Source: Candidatus Saccharimonadota bacterium (lineage in GTDB: Bacteria; Patescibacteriota; Saccharimonadia; Saccharimonadales; AQU-01). Taken from it: DNA of 64,000 nt. How positions within the stretch are numbered: the stretch's first letter is position 1; every line of letters starts with the position of its first letter. Positions 37,024 through 45,339 of this stretch are shown piece after piece. The notes below the pieces were generated by a model. The model was given only the letters and a program-made list of their open reading frames with translations, was not told where the DNA came from and ran no database searches. The translations under genes and the position numbers were made by a program. The stretch is from contig JAHBAU020000007.1 of the NCBI GenBank assembly GCA_018499905.2, positions 11,408 to 75,407 of the forward strand, in the 5' to 3' direction.

Positions 37024-37437
37024 ATGAGCAAATCATACGAATTCACTGATTTACGTTTTGCAGGGTTTGTTGTACCGCCAAGTGAGACCTTTGCAGACAC
37101 TATGCGGCTCGAGTATGGGTGGACAACACCTGGCCCAGAAATGCAGCGTGCGGTACCGTATCTAGCAGTAAGTGACGGGGCTGAGGCGCATATTGATGCA
37201 ATGCAAGCGTTTGTTACAAAGACTGTGGAGTACTTTGGGCTCGACGCTCAATCACAGCCGACAATCAACGAAGTACAGGCGTATGTAGCCGACTATGACA
37301 ACCAAGTAGGTGTTGGAGTCTATACTTTCTTGGACGAAGTGGCGATGGTGGCGCATAGATACCTTATTGGTGAAGGAGATGACTATAGGCTTCTCGGAGA
37401 ATTAGCAGACAGAGATAGGCATAGAATATTAGTGTAA
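37024..37437 (+). CDS. Hypothetical protein inserted between ssb and rpsR
   Basis: 137-aa ORF with no recognised motif. It interrupts the usual rpsF-ssb-rpsR order. Confidence 0.45.
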   Translation: MSKSYEFTDLRFAGFVVPPSETFADTMRLEYGWTTPGPEMQRAVPYLAVSDGAEAHIDAMQAFVTKTVEYFGLDAQSQPTINEVQAYVADYDNQVGVGVYTFLDEVAMVAHRYLIGEGDDYRLLGELADRDRHRILV

Positions 37438-37455
37438 GATTTTTAGGAGATAACA

Positions 37456-37659
37456 ATGGCGAAGATTTTTAAACACCGGACAGATGTTGCTTATTTTGAC
37501 TACAAGGACTACAAGACCTTGCAGCGATACGTAAATGTCTACGGACAAATTGAAACCCGCAAAAAGACCGGCCTGACCGAGAGTCAGCAGCGTCATTTGG
37601 CACGAGCTATCAAGCGAGCACGGCACATTGCATTGCTAGCGTTTGTGGCCACGAACTAA
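37456..37659 (+). CDS. rpsR: 30S ribosomal protein S18
   Basis: FDYKDYKTLQRYVNVYGQIETRKKTGL...QQRHLARAIKRARHIALL matches S18. Confidence 0.9.
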   Translation: MAKIFKHRTDVAYFDYKDYKTLQRYVNVYGQIETRKKTGLTESQQRHLARAIKRARHIALLAFVATN

Positions 37660-37736
37660 AGAGTAATAATTCTTCCACTATGGCACCTGAGCAGGGTGTA
37701 TCATGGTAGAATTAAGGTGTAAAAGAGGATTTGGAT

Positions 37737-38051
37737 ATGTCTGATGACCCACTATACGATCCATTGCACAAGCAAGCGATCCAGCTAGATCACAAAGTGC
37801 GGGATTTCATTGGCGGTGATCATTCGCACCCGAGTGCTTCTATGCTGCAGCGCGAAGTTCGCCAGTTACAAGAAGACTTTGAGATGCGTAAACACCCCCG
37901 GACAATTGAAGGTCGAATCAAAACCATCCAAAACCAGTTGCGTCAGTCGCAGAATTTATCAAACTCATACATGAACTATAACGAGTTTGATTACCTGCAC
38001 GACACGTTTGAAGATATGCGTATGAATTTACGCAAACTCAGAAATTACTAG
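37737..38051 (+). CDS. Hypothetical small protein
   Basis: ATG at 37737 follows AAGAGGA. The sequence looks helical or coiled-coil-like. Confidence 0.45.
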   Translation: MSDDPLYDPLHKQAIQLDHKVRDFIGGDHSHPSASMLQREVRQLQEDFEMRKHPRTIEGRIKTIQNQLRQSQNLSNSYMNYNEFDYLHDTFEDMRMNLRKLRNY

Positions 38052-38114
38052 CCGACGGCGTAATTTTGATCTAAAGAAGATAATGGTAATTGTTGTCTAA
38101 AGAGGAAGTGTGTA

Positions 38115-38681
38115 ATGGCTTTTGGTATAACTGATTTACGAAAAGGGGCGATTTATCAGCAGGACGGCGTGCCGTATAAGGTGCTGGAATATTCGCAAAA
38201 AGTGATGGGCCGCGGCGGCTCAATTGTGAGTGTTAAGGTCAAGAGCCTGATTGACGGCAAAGTCCTGGACCGCACCTACAAGGGCAACGAACAGATTGAG
38301 TATGCCGATGTAGCTAATAAGAATGTGCAGTACCTCTACAAAGATGGTGACATTTTCCATTTTATGGATCAGGACACCTACGAGCAATTCGAAGTTAATT
38401 CCGACATTGTTGGTGATGGTGCAGGCTATCTAAAAGAGGGCGACGAAGTACAGGCTCAGCTGTTCAACGGTCAGGTTATGAATATTGAGCTGGCCAAAAA
38501 CGTACCGCTGCTTGTGACCTACACCGAAAATGCTGTAAAAGGTGATACTTCCAGCAGCATCACCAAAGACGCCACGCTAGAAACCGGTATTTCTATCCGT
38601 GTCCCCGCCTTTATAAAACAAGGCGACCTCATCAGCGTCAACACCGAAGACGGCACCTACCGCGAACGCGTAAGAGGCTAA
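38115..38681 (+). CDS. efp: Elongation factor P
   Basis: 188 aa with typical EF-P sequence (DLRKGAIYQQDGVPYKVLEY...KGDT). Confidence 0.95.
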   Translation: MAFGITDLRKGAIYQQDGVPYKVLEYSQKVMGRGGSIVSVKVKSLIDGKVLDRTYKGNEQIEYADVANKNVQYLYKDGDIFHFMDQDTYEQFEVNSDIVGDGAGYLKEGDEVQAQLFNGQVMNIELAKNVPLLVTYTENAVKGDTSSSITKDATLETGISIRVPAFIKQGDLISVNTEDGTYRERVRG

Positions 38682-38684
38682 AAA

Positions 38685-39071
38685 ATGGCCGGCGTGGTAT
38701 TCGACCCATTTGAAGGTCTCACTCCATTATTCCCAGAACTGCTACAGTTGGAGCGCACGTCAGTTAACTCATTTGATGCAATTGATTGTTTGGGCATGGT
38801 AGGCCTCGATACGGAACTAGAATCTAGAGTTGTCGCGGAGCTATTTTTTGCTCAACGAGCTGGAGTTGAGGTTCCTGATTGGCATATTTCCGAACCACTT
38901 CCACAGTCCGTTGTCTGCGACCCAAAAGCTGATGGGCTGGTCAACGCCGTGGGTCGGCTGGATCAATGGCATGATTCGTGGAATTCACGTCCTCCCGACT
39001 CAATTTGCGGAGATGAAAGCCTAGCCCGTAAGTGTCTAAAGGTATGCATTAACTTGACCGACCTCCCTTAA
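38685..39071 (+). CDS. Hypothetical protein
   Basis: Starts 4 nt after efp. No motif recognised. Confidence 0.4.
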   Translation: MAGVVFDPFEGLTPLFPELLQLERTSVNSFDAIDCLGMVGLDTELESRVVAELFFAQRAGVEVPDWHISEPLPQSVVCDPKADGLVNAVGRLDQWHDSWNSRPPDSICGDESLARKCLKVCINLTDLP

Positions 39072-39212
39072 AGGCCTTGTAGCTACAAACAAAGCCAACA
39101 ACAAAAATGACATCTACCGTGCAGATGTCAAATAATCAACAAATGAAGAATTAGTCTTTCCAAAAACATCACCGCAGTTTAGTATTTGTAGCAAATATAT
39201 GAGGTCGCCGAC

Positions 39213-39911
39213 GTGCGAGAATTAGTTGATGCTGTGGTGGTTGACTGGGAGCCTGCGCAATGGCAAAAAAATCAACGACGTAAAGTCAGCTCTGTTGTGG
39301 TGCCCGCTCTTTTTGATGCTCAAGCTTACTTAAGAGAAGTTCTAGAAATCCAGCCCCCGCCAGCACGTCTAGTACCGTACCTTGCGCCCTTAGCTAGTGC
39401 AGAATTTGCCCATAGTATTTCGGCAACTGAGATGTGGCTGCACGTAACCGGCTCCGAGGTTGATCATTACCGGAAGCTCGCGAGACGCTCTGACGAGATT
39501 ACGGGTCAGATGGTGCACGAGATGGTTCATTGTGTGATGTTTGGTCAGAATAGAGACAATACTTTGCTTGAAAAGGCAGCAGGCGAGGGGGTGGCCTATG
39601 TTGCCCAGGCCTATGTTTGCCATGAAATGCTAGACGTTCCATTGGATCAAACGCTCTTGGGCGTCCCGGTTGATGCCGAAGATTTACTCGAGGGATTTTA
39701 TCAATGTCCACATCTGGAAGTTGATCTCGCAACTGAAGACAAAGGCGTCCAGGCTGCATTTAAAGAATGGATAACGGGTGATGTGTACCCTGGAACTTAC
39801 ATAGGGTATGGTGAGGCTTTAGGGGTGGCGTGTGTTCGTTCCTGGGTCCAGGACTATGGTTACGATCTGGCAACAATTATTCAGTGGCCAGCCGAAAAAA
39901 TTATCTCCTGA
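39213..39911 (+). CDS. Hypothetical protein with a HExxH motif
   Basis: GTG start. HEMVH lies at 39516-39530. Confidence 0.4.
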   Translation: MRELVDAVVVDWEPAQWQKNQRRKVSSVVVPALFDAQAYLREVLEIQPPPARLVPYLAPLASAEFAHSISATEMWLHVTGSEVDHYRKLARRSDEITGQMVHEMVHCVMFGQNRDNTLLEKAAGEGVAYVAQAYVCHEMLDVPLDQTLLGVPVDAEDLLEGFYQCPHLEVDLATEDKGVQAAFKEWITGDVYPGTYIGYGEALGVACVRSWVQDYGYDLATIIQWPAEKIIS

Positions 39912-39990
39912 ACTATTGAAAAGAATAAAGCACTGTGTTGAGTTTTGGGGCGTTCAACACTGTCTCTGAAATGTGAGACAATCTAAGCTA

Positions 39991-40707
39991 ATGTACAATC
40001 GTTTAGACAAATTTTTATTCCAGAGAGAATTGGTAGCGACGCGGTCGCAGGCGGAGTCTTATATTCGGTTGGGCCAGGTGACGGTTAACGGCAAAGTTGT
40101 AACCAAGCCCGGGCACGAGGTGCGTGACAATGATACGGTCAAGTTGCTGGCAAAAGAACAGTATGTCTCTCGGGCTGGGCTAAAGCTGGCATCGGTTGCG
40201 CAAAAGCTGGCGCTCGATTTTAGGGACAAAGTGGTGCTGGATGTTGGTAGCAGTACAGGTGGATTCACCGAATACGCCATTACGCATGGTGCCGCCAAAG
40301 TCTATGCCGTTGATGTCGGCACCGAACAGTTGCATCCCTCCCTTCGGTCAAACCCCAAAATTGAACTGCACGAGCAAACCGATATCCGTGATTTTAAGCC
40401 AGCAGACATTCCTGACATTGTGGTGATGGACGTTTCATTTATTAGTCTTCGCGAAATCCTGCCGCACATTGCTAAAGTTTCCGGCAAAGACACCCACATA
40501 ATTGCCATGCTCAAACCGCAGTTCGAAGCTGGCCGCGACCAAGTGAACAAAGGCATCATAAAAAACGATCGTGTCCGCCGCCAAATCCTCAAAGATTTTG
40601 AGACCTGGGCCATGCAATACTTTGTTATCCGTGATAAACACGACTCCGAAGTCGCCGGCACCAAAGGCAACCTCGAGCGATTCTATCTCTTAAAGAAACT
40701 AAACTAG
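39991..40707 (+). CDS. tlyA: TlyA-family rRNA 2'-O-methyltransferase
   Basis: S4-like N-terminus (RLDKFLFQRELVATRSQAESYIRLGQVTVNGK) and SAM motif VLDVGSSTGGFT. ATG at 39991 is preferred over the upstream GTG. Confidence 0.8.
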   Translation: MYNRLDKFLFQRELVATRSQAESYIRLGQVTVNGKVVTKPGHEVRDNDTVKLLAKEQYVSRAGLKLASVAQKLALDFRDKVVLDVGSSTGGFTEYAITHGAAKVYAVDVGTEQLHPSLRSNPKIELHEQTDIRDFKPADIPDIVVMDVSFISLREILPHIAKVSGKDTHIIAMLKPQFEAGRDQVNKGIIKNDRVRRQILKDFETWAMQYFVIRDKHDSEVAGTKGNLERFYLLKKLN

Positions 40708-40755
40708 TACTGTCTTGGCTCGTTTCGCACCTTACAGTCTGGAACTGGCGTGCGC

Positions 40756-40812
40756 GCCGGTATATGTATGTCGTAAGATACGCAAGCGTATTTACGACAT
40801 ACATATACCGGC
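40756..40812. terminator. 57-bp near-perfect palindrome; candidate bidirectional terminator
   Basis: GCCGGTATATGTATGTCGTAA (40756-40776) is the exact reverse complement of 40792-40812. An inner ATACGC/GCGTAT pair adds to the stem. It lies between convergent tlyA and the crp-like gene. Confidence 0.55.
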
Positions 40813-40872
40813 CCAACCCTAAGTTTCATCTATCGCTTAGCAACAGAAGCGGAGAGGGTGCGAAACGAGGGT

Positions 40873-41520
40873 CTACAGGTGTGATTTGAGCTTTTCGATA
40901 TCGAGTAGCAGAACTTTTGACTGGTTGTTTCTAATCAAGCCTTTGCGCTCTAAGTAGGCCATTTCACGGCTGGCGGTCTCACGAGAGGAATTGATGGAAC
41001 TGGCAATATCCTGATGCCGCAGAGGAGCAGTAATCTGGATACCTTCGGGTGTTTCTTCTCCAAAATGTTTCGCCATGGTAATCAAAAATGAGATAACGCG
41101 TTCGCGGACAGAGCGATATTCAAGGTTAAGTAGCCGTTCAGAATGAATGCGGTAGTTCTCGACAACCATGTCCAGAATTGGTGCAAGATTGTTGTCTGGG
41201 GAGTAGAGATAATCTTGATAGACTTTTCGGCTAATGCGCCAAACAGTTGTTGGCTCCAAAGCTTCGTAGTTAATGTCGCGTTCTTCGCCAGTGATGGCCC
41301 AAATCAGGGGGAAGATGTCGTGGCTTCGGCGGATAATAAGCAGATTCTCTTCGCCGTATTTACTGATGTCATAGGCCTTGACCAGGCCTTCGTCAATATA
41401 AAAAACACCCGATGGTTGTTCCCCCGGGCGTATGATTTGCTCTCCCTTTTTGTAGGTCAGCTTAGTGCCAGATTTAAACAGCTTGATCAAAGATTCGACC
41501 TGCTGCTTGGTTGCTAACAT
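40873..41520 (-). CDS. Crp/Fnr-family transcriptional regulator
   Basis: cNMP-binding-like N-terminus and a C-terminal HTH (LRHQDIASSINSSRETASREMAYLERKGLI). Confidence 0.8.
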   Translation of the reverse strand: MLATKQQVESLIKLFKSGTKLTYKKGEQIIRPGEQPSGVFYIDEGLVKAYDISKYGEENLLIIRRSHDIFPLIWAITGEERDINYEALEPTTVWRISRKVYQDYLYSPDNNLAPILDMVVENYRIHSERLLNLEYRSVRERVISFLITMAKHFGEETPEGIQITAPLRHQDIASSINSSRETASREMAYLERKGLIRNNQSKVLLLDIEKLKSHL

Positions 41521-41561
41521 GTGCGACTATTTTACACCATTTCTTATCTGTTGGCAACCTA

Positions 41562-41582
41562 TGTCACATGAGAAATGTGACA
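41562..41582. promoter_or_regulatory. Palindromic candidate operator upstream of the crp-like gene
   Basis: TGTCACAT-gagaa-ATGTGACA is a perfect 8-bp inverted repeat. It contains TCACA/TGTGA half-sites and sits 42 nt upstream of the regulator's start. Confidence 0.4.
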
Positions 41583-41669
41583 AAAATCTTAAAAATGCGG
41601 TGATGCATGGTACGGTACTGTGTCGATCTTGCTGTCATCATAGGGGTACAAGGTGAGAGGGAGAACATT

Positions 41670-42236
41670 ATGATATCACTACAAGAGGTTGAGGCACGCT
41701 TGGCCAATGCCGGGCTCAAAAACCGTTACTGGGGCCGCGCTGAAGTGCGTGAACTCACCAACATTATTCTTCCTGACGAGGCAGTGTTTCATGCGGTTAA
41801 TGGTCGCTATGAAGGCGGGAACGCCTTGCTAGTGGCTACCGATCGCCGATTATTATTGATTGATAAGAAGCCCATGTTTCTGAACCTGCAAGATGTCCGT
41901 TACGACAGCATTGCCGAAGTTGATTATTTTGCCCGCCTATTAGACGCTACGGTTGCCATCAGAACCGTCAACAAAATGCTCAAATTTAGAACCATGCGTC
42001 AAAATGCTCTGCGCCGTTTGACTACAGCGGTACAAGAAGCGGTTATGGATCTTCGTCAAATTATGAACACCCCCCAGCCGATGACAGCCTACGCTGAAGA
42101 CCCGACAACCGGCCAGTTATCGCCAGTTAATACCCTCAATTTTGTCCTACCTGGGCACGTGTCGCCTATGGGCATGTCATCCCAGCAGGCCGTTACTTTC
42201 CGAAAACGAGTGTCTAAGTTTCACCCAATTGTTTAA
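41670..42236 (+). CDS. Bacterial PH-domain (YokE/bPH-like) protein
   Basis: The start at 41670 has GGTGAGAGGGAG upstream. NGRYEGGNALLVATDRRLLLIDKKP matches the bPH pattern as I remember it. Confidence 0.5.
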   Translation: MISLQEVEARLANAGLKNRYWGRAEVRELTNIILPDEAVFHAVNGRYEGGNALLVATDRRLLLIDKKPMFLNLQDVRYDSIAEVDYFARLLDATVAIRTVNKMLKFRTMRQNALRRLTTAVQEAVMDLRQIMNTPQPMTAYAEDPTTGQLSPVNTLNFVLPGHVSPMGMSSQQAVTFRKRVSKFHPIV

Positions 42237-43321
42237 TTATTAAACCGAAACTCTACTACATCATTCGGTGACATAATGTAGGTTTTTCCTTCGGTGCGAA
42301 CTTTACCCGCAGCTTTGGCTGCTTGCTCTGAACCGGCGGCGATAAGGTCGTTGTAATCAATCACCTGTGCGGCAATAAAACCCTTTTCAAAATCACCATG
42401 AATAACACCGGCGGCCTGTGGGGCAGTGGCGCCAACTGGAATAGTCCAGGCGCGCACTTCTTTTTCTCCGGCGGTTAAGTAGCTCTGTAGTCCCAAAATC
42501 TCATACGCCGCATGAATCAGCTGCACCAAGCCTGACTCTTTCACGCCGTAACTTTCAAGTAACTCAACTCGGTCACCCTCGTCCAACCCACGAAGTTCAT
42601 CTTCCAGCTTGGCATTGACGAATAAGGCTCTAGCAGGGGACACCATCGTCTGTAGTTCGGCTTGTTTGGCGCTGTCTCCGAGCATCGCCTCATCAACATT
42701 AAACAAATAAATCACCGGCTTAAGGGTAAGTAGCTGCAATTCTTTGCGCAACCACTCGGCCAGCTCGCCCATCATAAACTGCTCGTAGGCCCACAGCGGT
42801 TTGCCGGAATCTAGGGCTTGCTTGGCGCTGGCCAAGAATTCTGCCTGTGGTTTCAGTTTTGGATTGGCACGAGCTTCTTTTTCAATGCGCGGCAAGACTC
42901 GCTCCACCGTTTGCAGGTCCGCCAGCACCAGCTCGGTGTTAATGACGTCAATGTCATGACGTGGGTCTCTAGAAGAATCGCTTCGCAAGACGTCGGCATC
43001 TTCAAATACCCGTACAACCTGAACAATGGCGTTGCAGGTCCGAATGTGGCTCAAAAACTGATTCCCAAGGCCCTCGCCCTTGCTCGCCCCGGCGACAAGA
43101 CCGGCAATATCCACAAAACTGACGGTTGCGGGTTTGATGGGGGCACTACCATATAACTGGCTTAAGCTTTGCAGGCGCTCATCTGGCACCGGCACAATAC
43201 CGGTGTTCGGTTCAATGGTGGCAAACGGATAATTCGCCGCCAAAATGTTGTTGTCTGTCAGGGCATTAAACAGTGTCGACTTCCCAACATTCGGCAGCCC
43301 AACAATCCCAATACTTAGCAT
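42233..43321 (-). CDS. ychF: Ribosome-binding ATPase YchF
   Basis: GIVGLPNVGKSTLFNALT G1 motif, 362 aa, with a TGS-like C-terminus. Confidence 0.95.
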   Translation of the reverse strand: MLSIGIVGLPNVGKSTLFNALTDNNILAANYPFATIEPNTGIVPVPDERLQSLSQLYGSAPIKPATVSFVDIAGLVAGASKGEGLGNQFLSHIRTCNAIVQVVRVFEDADVLRSDSSRDPRHDIDVINTELVLADLQTVERVLPRIEKEARANPKLKPQAEFLASAKQALDSGKPLWAYEQFMMGELAEWLRKELQLLTLKPVIYLFNVDEAMLGDSAKQAELQTMVSPARALFVNAKLEDELRGLDEGDRVELLESYGVKESGLVQLIHAAYEILGLQSYLTAGEKEVRAWTIPVGATAPQAAGVIHGDFEKGFIAAQVIDYNDLIAAGSEQAAKAAGKVRTEGKTYIMSPNDVVEFRFNN

Positions 43322-44969
43322 CTAACCCAACCTGTTCTTGTTTATTTGCTTGTGTTGTGTCTCTTGTATCGCTATGCTCAACATCTAACCCTACCTTGTT
43401 TACAGTTAATGAAGTAGCATATGCTGGTATTTTTCCGCATATTCTTACGTTCTCCTTCGTTGCTATTATTTTATCAACTATTTTCCTCACAGTAAAAAGC
43501 TTGTCCTCGTAGCCCAGATTATTTAGGTACTTCTTGAATGGCTCTACGGAGGTTTCTAGATCAATCTCTCTTAATTGTGCTAACTTATTGGCTTCAGGCT
43601 TATTCATCAAGTCTGTAAGCTCTTTACGGCGTCTGGCGACACTGTTCATCTGGTCTGTATACACAGCTTCTGACATTGTGCCCAGACCCCAAGCTTTAAC
43701 GTAACGGCGTTCTTCTTGTTCAAGTGCTTTGAGTTGCATTCTCAGCTCATCTTTTTTAGGGCTTTGACCTGCTTGTAACTTCTTTTCTTCAGCGTAACGA
43801 TCGAGTTGCTGTTGTAACAGGGTAGGGTCTGTCATCAATTCACAGAGTTTAGCCCAGCCAATAGCATCTAGTACCTGCACATTCACACCAGCCTCAAAGC
43901 AAGTACGAGGCTTAGGGAATTTCAGCAAGCGATCTGTGCAGCGGTAGTAGAAGTGACCGTTCTGACCCTCGCCAGTTCTTGTAGCTCCACAAGGACAAGA
44001 TATTAAACCACCAAAAAGATAGGGATTTTTCTTGAAGCGTTGACTGAGCTTACCGTTGCTTTTAATTTGTGCATTGGCTTTCTGGAATAGCTCATCAGTA
44101 ATGATGCGAGGCACTTCTACTTCAATCCACTCATCACGTGGTCTGGTTTTACGACTGCCTTTTAATGAGTGACGATTCTGATATTTCTTCTGAGTTTTAG
44201 CAGTTGGATTTTTTGTTATCACACTTTCTGACTTGTAGTAGTAGTGTTTGCCAGTGTAAGTTTCATTTTTCAGCATGCGATGCAGAGGACCGTTAGTCCA
44301 AGTATCACGCTTCTGTTTCTTAGGTTGTATACCTAGATCGTATAAGCGACGAATGACCTCTTTAATTGATACACACTCAACACCAATCCACTCAAAAATC
44401 ATTCTTACTACTTTGGCTTCTTCTTCGTTAATCACGAATTGACCGTTGATTTTATCTAAGCCTTTGCCCTTGATCGGAATATAATCATAGCCATAAGGAG
44501 ATTGATAACCCAGCAACTTACCCGAACGTACCTTATTGAGTTTACCAATACGAAAACGTTCTGAAATTTTCATACGTTCGTATTCATGGAATATGCCCAT
44601 TACACCACCCATGAGCTTTTCTTCTGCTGAAATACCGTTAATGTCGTGCAGGCTCTTAAATGTAATTTCTAAATTGGTTAATTCTTCAATGACGATCTCT
44701 TGGTATACATACTTACGGGCTAAACGCCCCTTATCGTAGACATACAAAATATCAAACTTCTTCTCACGTGCATCAGCCCTCATATTATCTAGTGCAGGGC
44801 GTTCAAGTATTGCACCTGACCAACCTTCATCAACATACTCACAGCTTTCGAGAAGGGTATTACCGTCATCAATTATGGCTTTTCGTATTTCAGTTAATTG
44901 GTTTTGTACAGTTTCTTCATCTTTCTGAAGTTCAGTACTTACTCTTGCGTACAGTGCAGCACGTAACAT
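43266..44969 (-). CDS. Large serine recombinase
   Basis: Catalytic N-terminus AALYARVSTELQ, then a recombinase domain and a zinc ribbon (CPCG...YYRC) followed by a coiled-coil-like region. The 3' end overlaps ychF by 56 nt. Confidence 0.9.
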   Translation of the reverse strand: MLRAALYARVSTELQKDEETVQNQLTEIRKAIIDDGNTLLESCEYVDEGWSGAILERPALDNMRADAREKKFDILYVYDKGRLARKYVYQEIVIEELTNLEITFKSLHDINGISAEEKLMGGVMGIFHEYERMKISERFRIGKLNKVRSGKLLGYQSPYGYDYIPIKGKGLDKINGQFVINEEEAKVVRMIFEWIGVECVSIKEVIRRLYDLGIQPKKQKRDTWTNGPLHRMLKNETYTGKHYYYKSESVITKNPTAKTQKKYQNRHSLKGSRKTRPRDEWIEVEVPRIITDELFQKANAQIKSNGKLSQRFKKNPYLFGGLISCPCGATRTGEGQNGHFYYRCTDRLLKFPKPRTCFEAGVNVQVLDAIGWAKLCELMTDPTLLQQQLDRYAEEKKLQAGQSPKKDELRMQLKALEQEERRYVKAWGLGTMSEAVYTDQMNSVARRRKELTDLMNKPEANKLAQLREIDLETSVEPFKKYLNNLGYEDKLFTVRKIVDKIIATKENVRICGKIPAYATSLTVNKVGLDVEHSDTRDTTQANKQEQVGLDAKYWDCWAAECWEVDTV

Positions 44970-45160
44970 TATTTTGTTCCCTTCGTTTTTGTTGTGCGTT
45001 TTGCGATGAATGAATCTAAAGCCTGTTGACTAATACGATAACCCTTACCGAGTTTTACAGCTTCTAGCTCTCCTTTTTTGATGTAGGTTAGGACACTCTG
45101 CCAGTGAAGTTGGAGCAAATCTGCTACGTCCTGTACGGTGTAATATTTTTTGTCTACCAT
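44969..45160 (-). CDS. Excisionase-family (HTH_17-like) DNA-binding protein; candidate directionality factor
   Basis: YYTVQDVADLLQLHWQSVLTYIKKGELEAVKLGKGYRI matches the family. Its stop overlaps the recombinase start as TAATG. Confidence 0.65.
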   Translation of the reverse strand: MVDKKYYTVQDVADLLQLHWQSVLTYIKKGELEAVKLGKGYRISQQALDSFIAKRTTKTKGTK

Positions 45161-45201
45161 AATACTCTCCATTATAAACATTTATAAATAAATATCAATG
45201 A

Positions 45202-45336
45202 CTACTCCTTAGAATCATTTTCTAATTGTTTGAAGTAACGATCAAATAAATAGTTGAACGCTTCTGCAACAGCACTCGTATCACCGTCATCGACGAACTC
45301 GTATTCTATAACTGGTGATACGGGTTTACGTGCCAT
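45202..45336 (-). CDS. Possible 44-aa acidic mini-protein
   Basis: ATG at 45334-45336 lies 4 nt after the primase stop and reads MARKPVSPVIEYEFVDDGD.... It is below the ORF-track cutoff. Confidence 0.25.
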   Translation of the reverse strand: MARKPVSPVIEYEFVDDGDTSAVAEAFNYLFDRYFKQLENDSKE

Positions 45337-45339
45337 TGT

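Noticed and set aside
40741-40816. Possible tRNA or small RNA gene in the tlyA/crp spacer
   Set aside because: The sequence is a single long perfect hairpin with no cloverleaf arms or conserved T-loop or D-loop. I found no tRNA or rRNA in any other spacer either.
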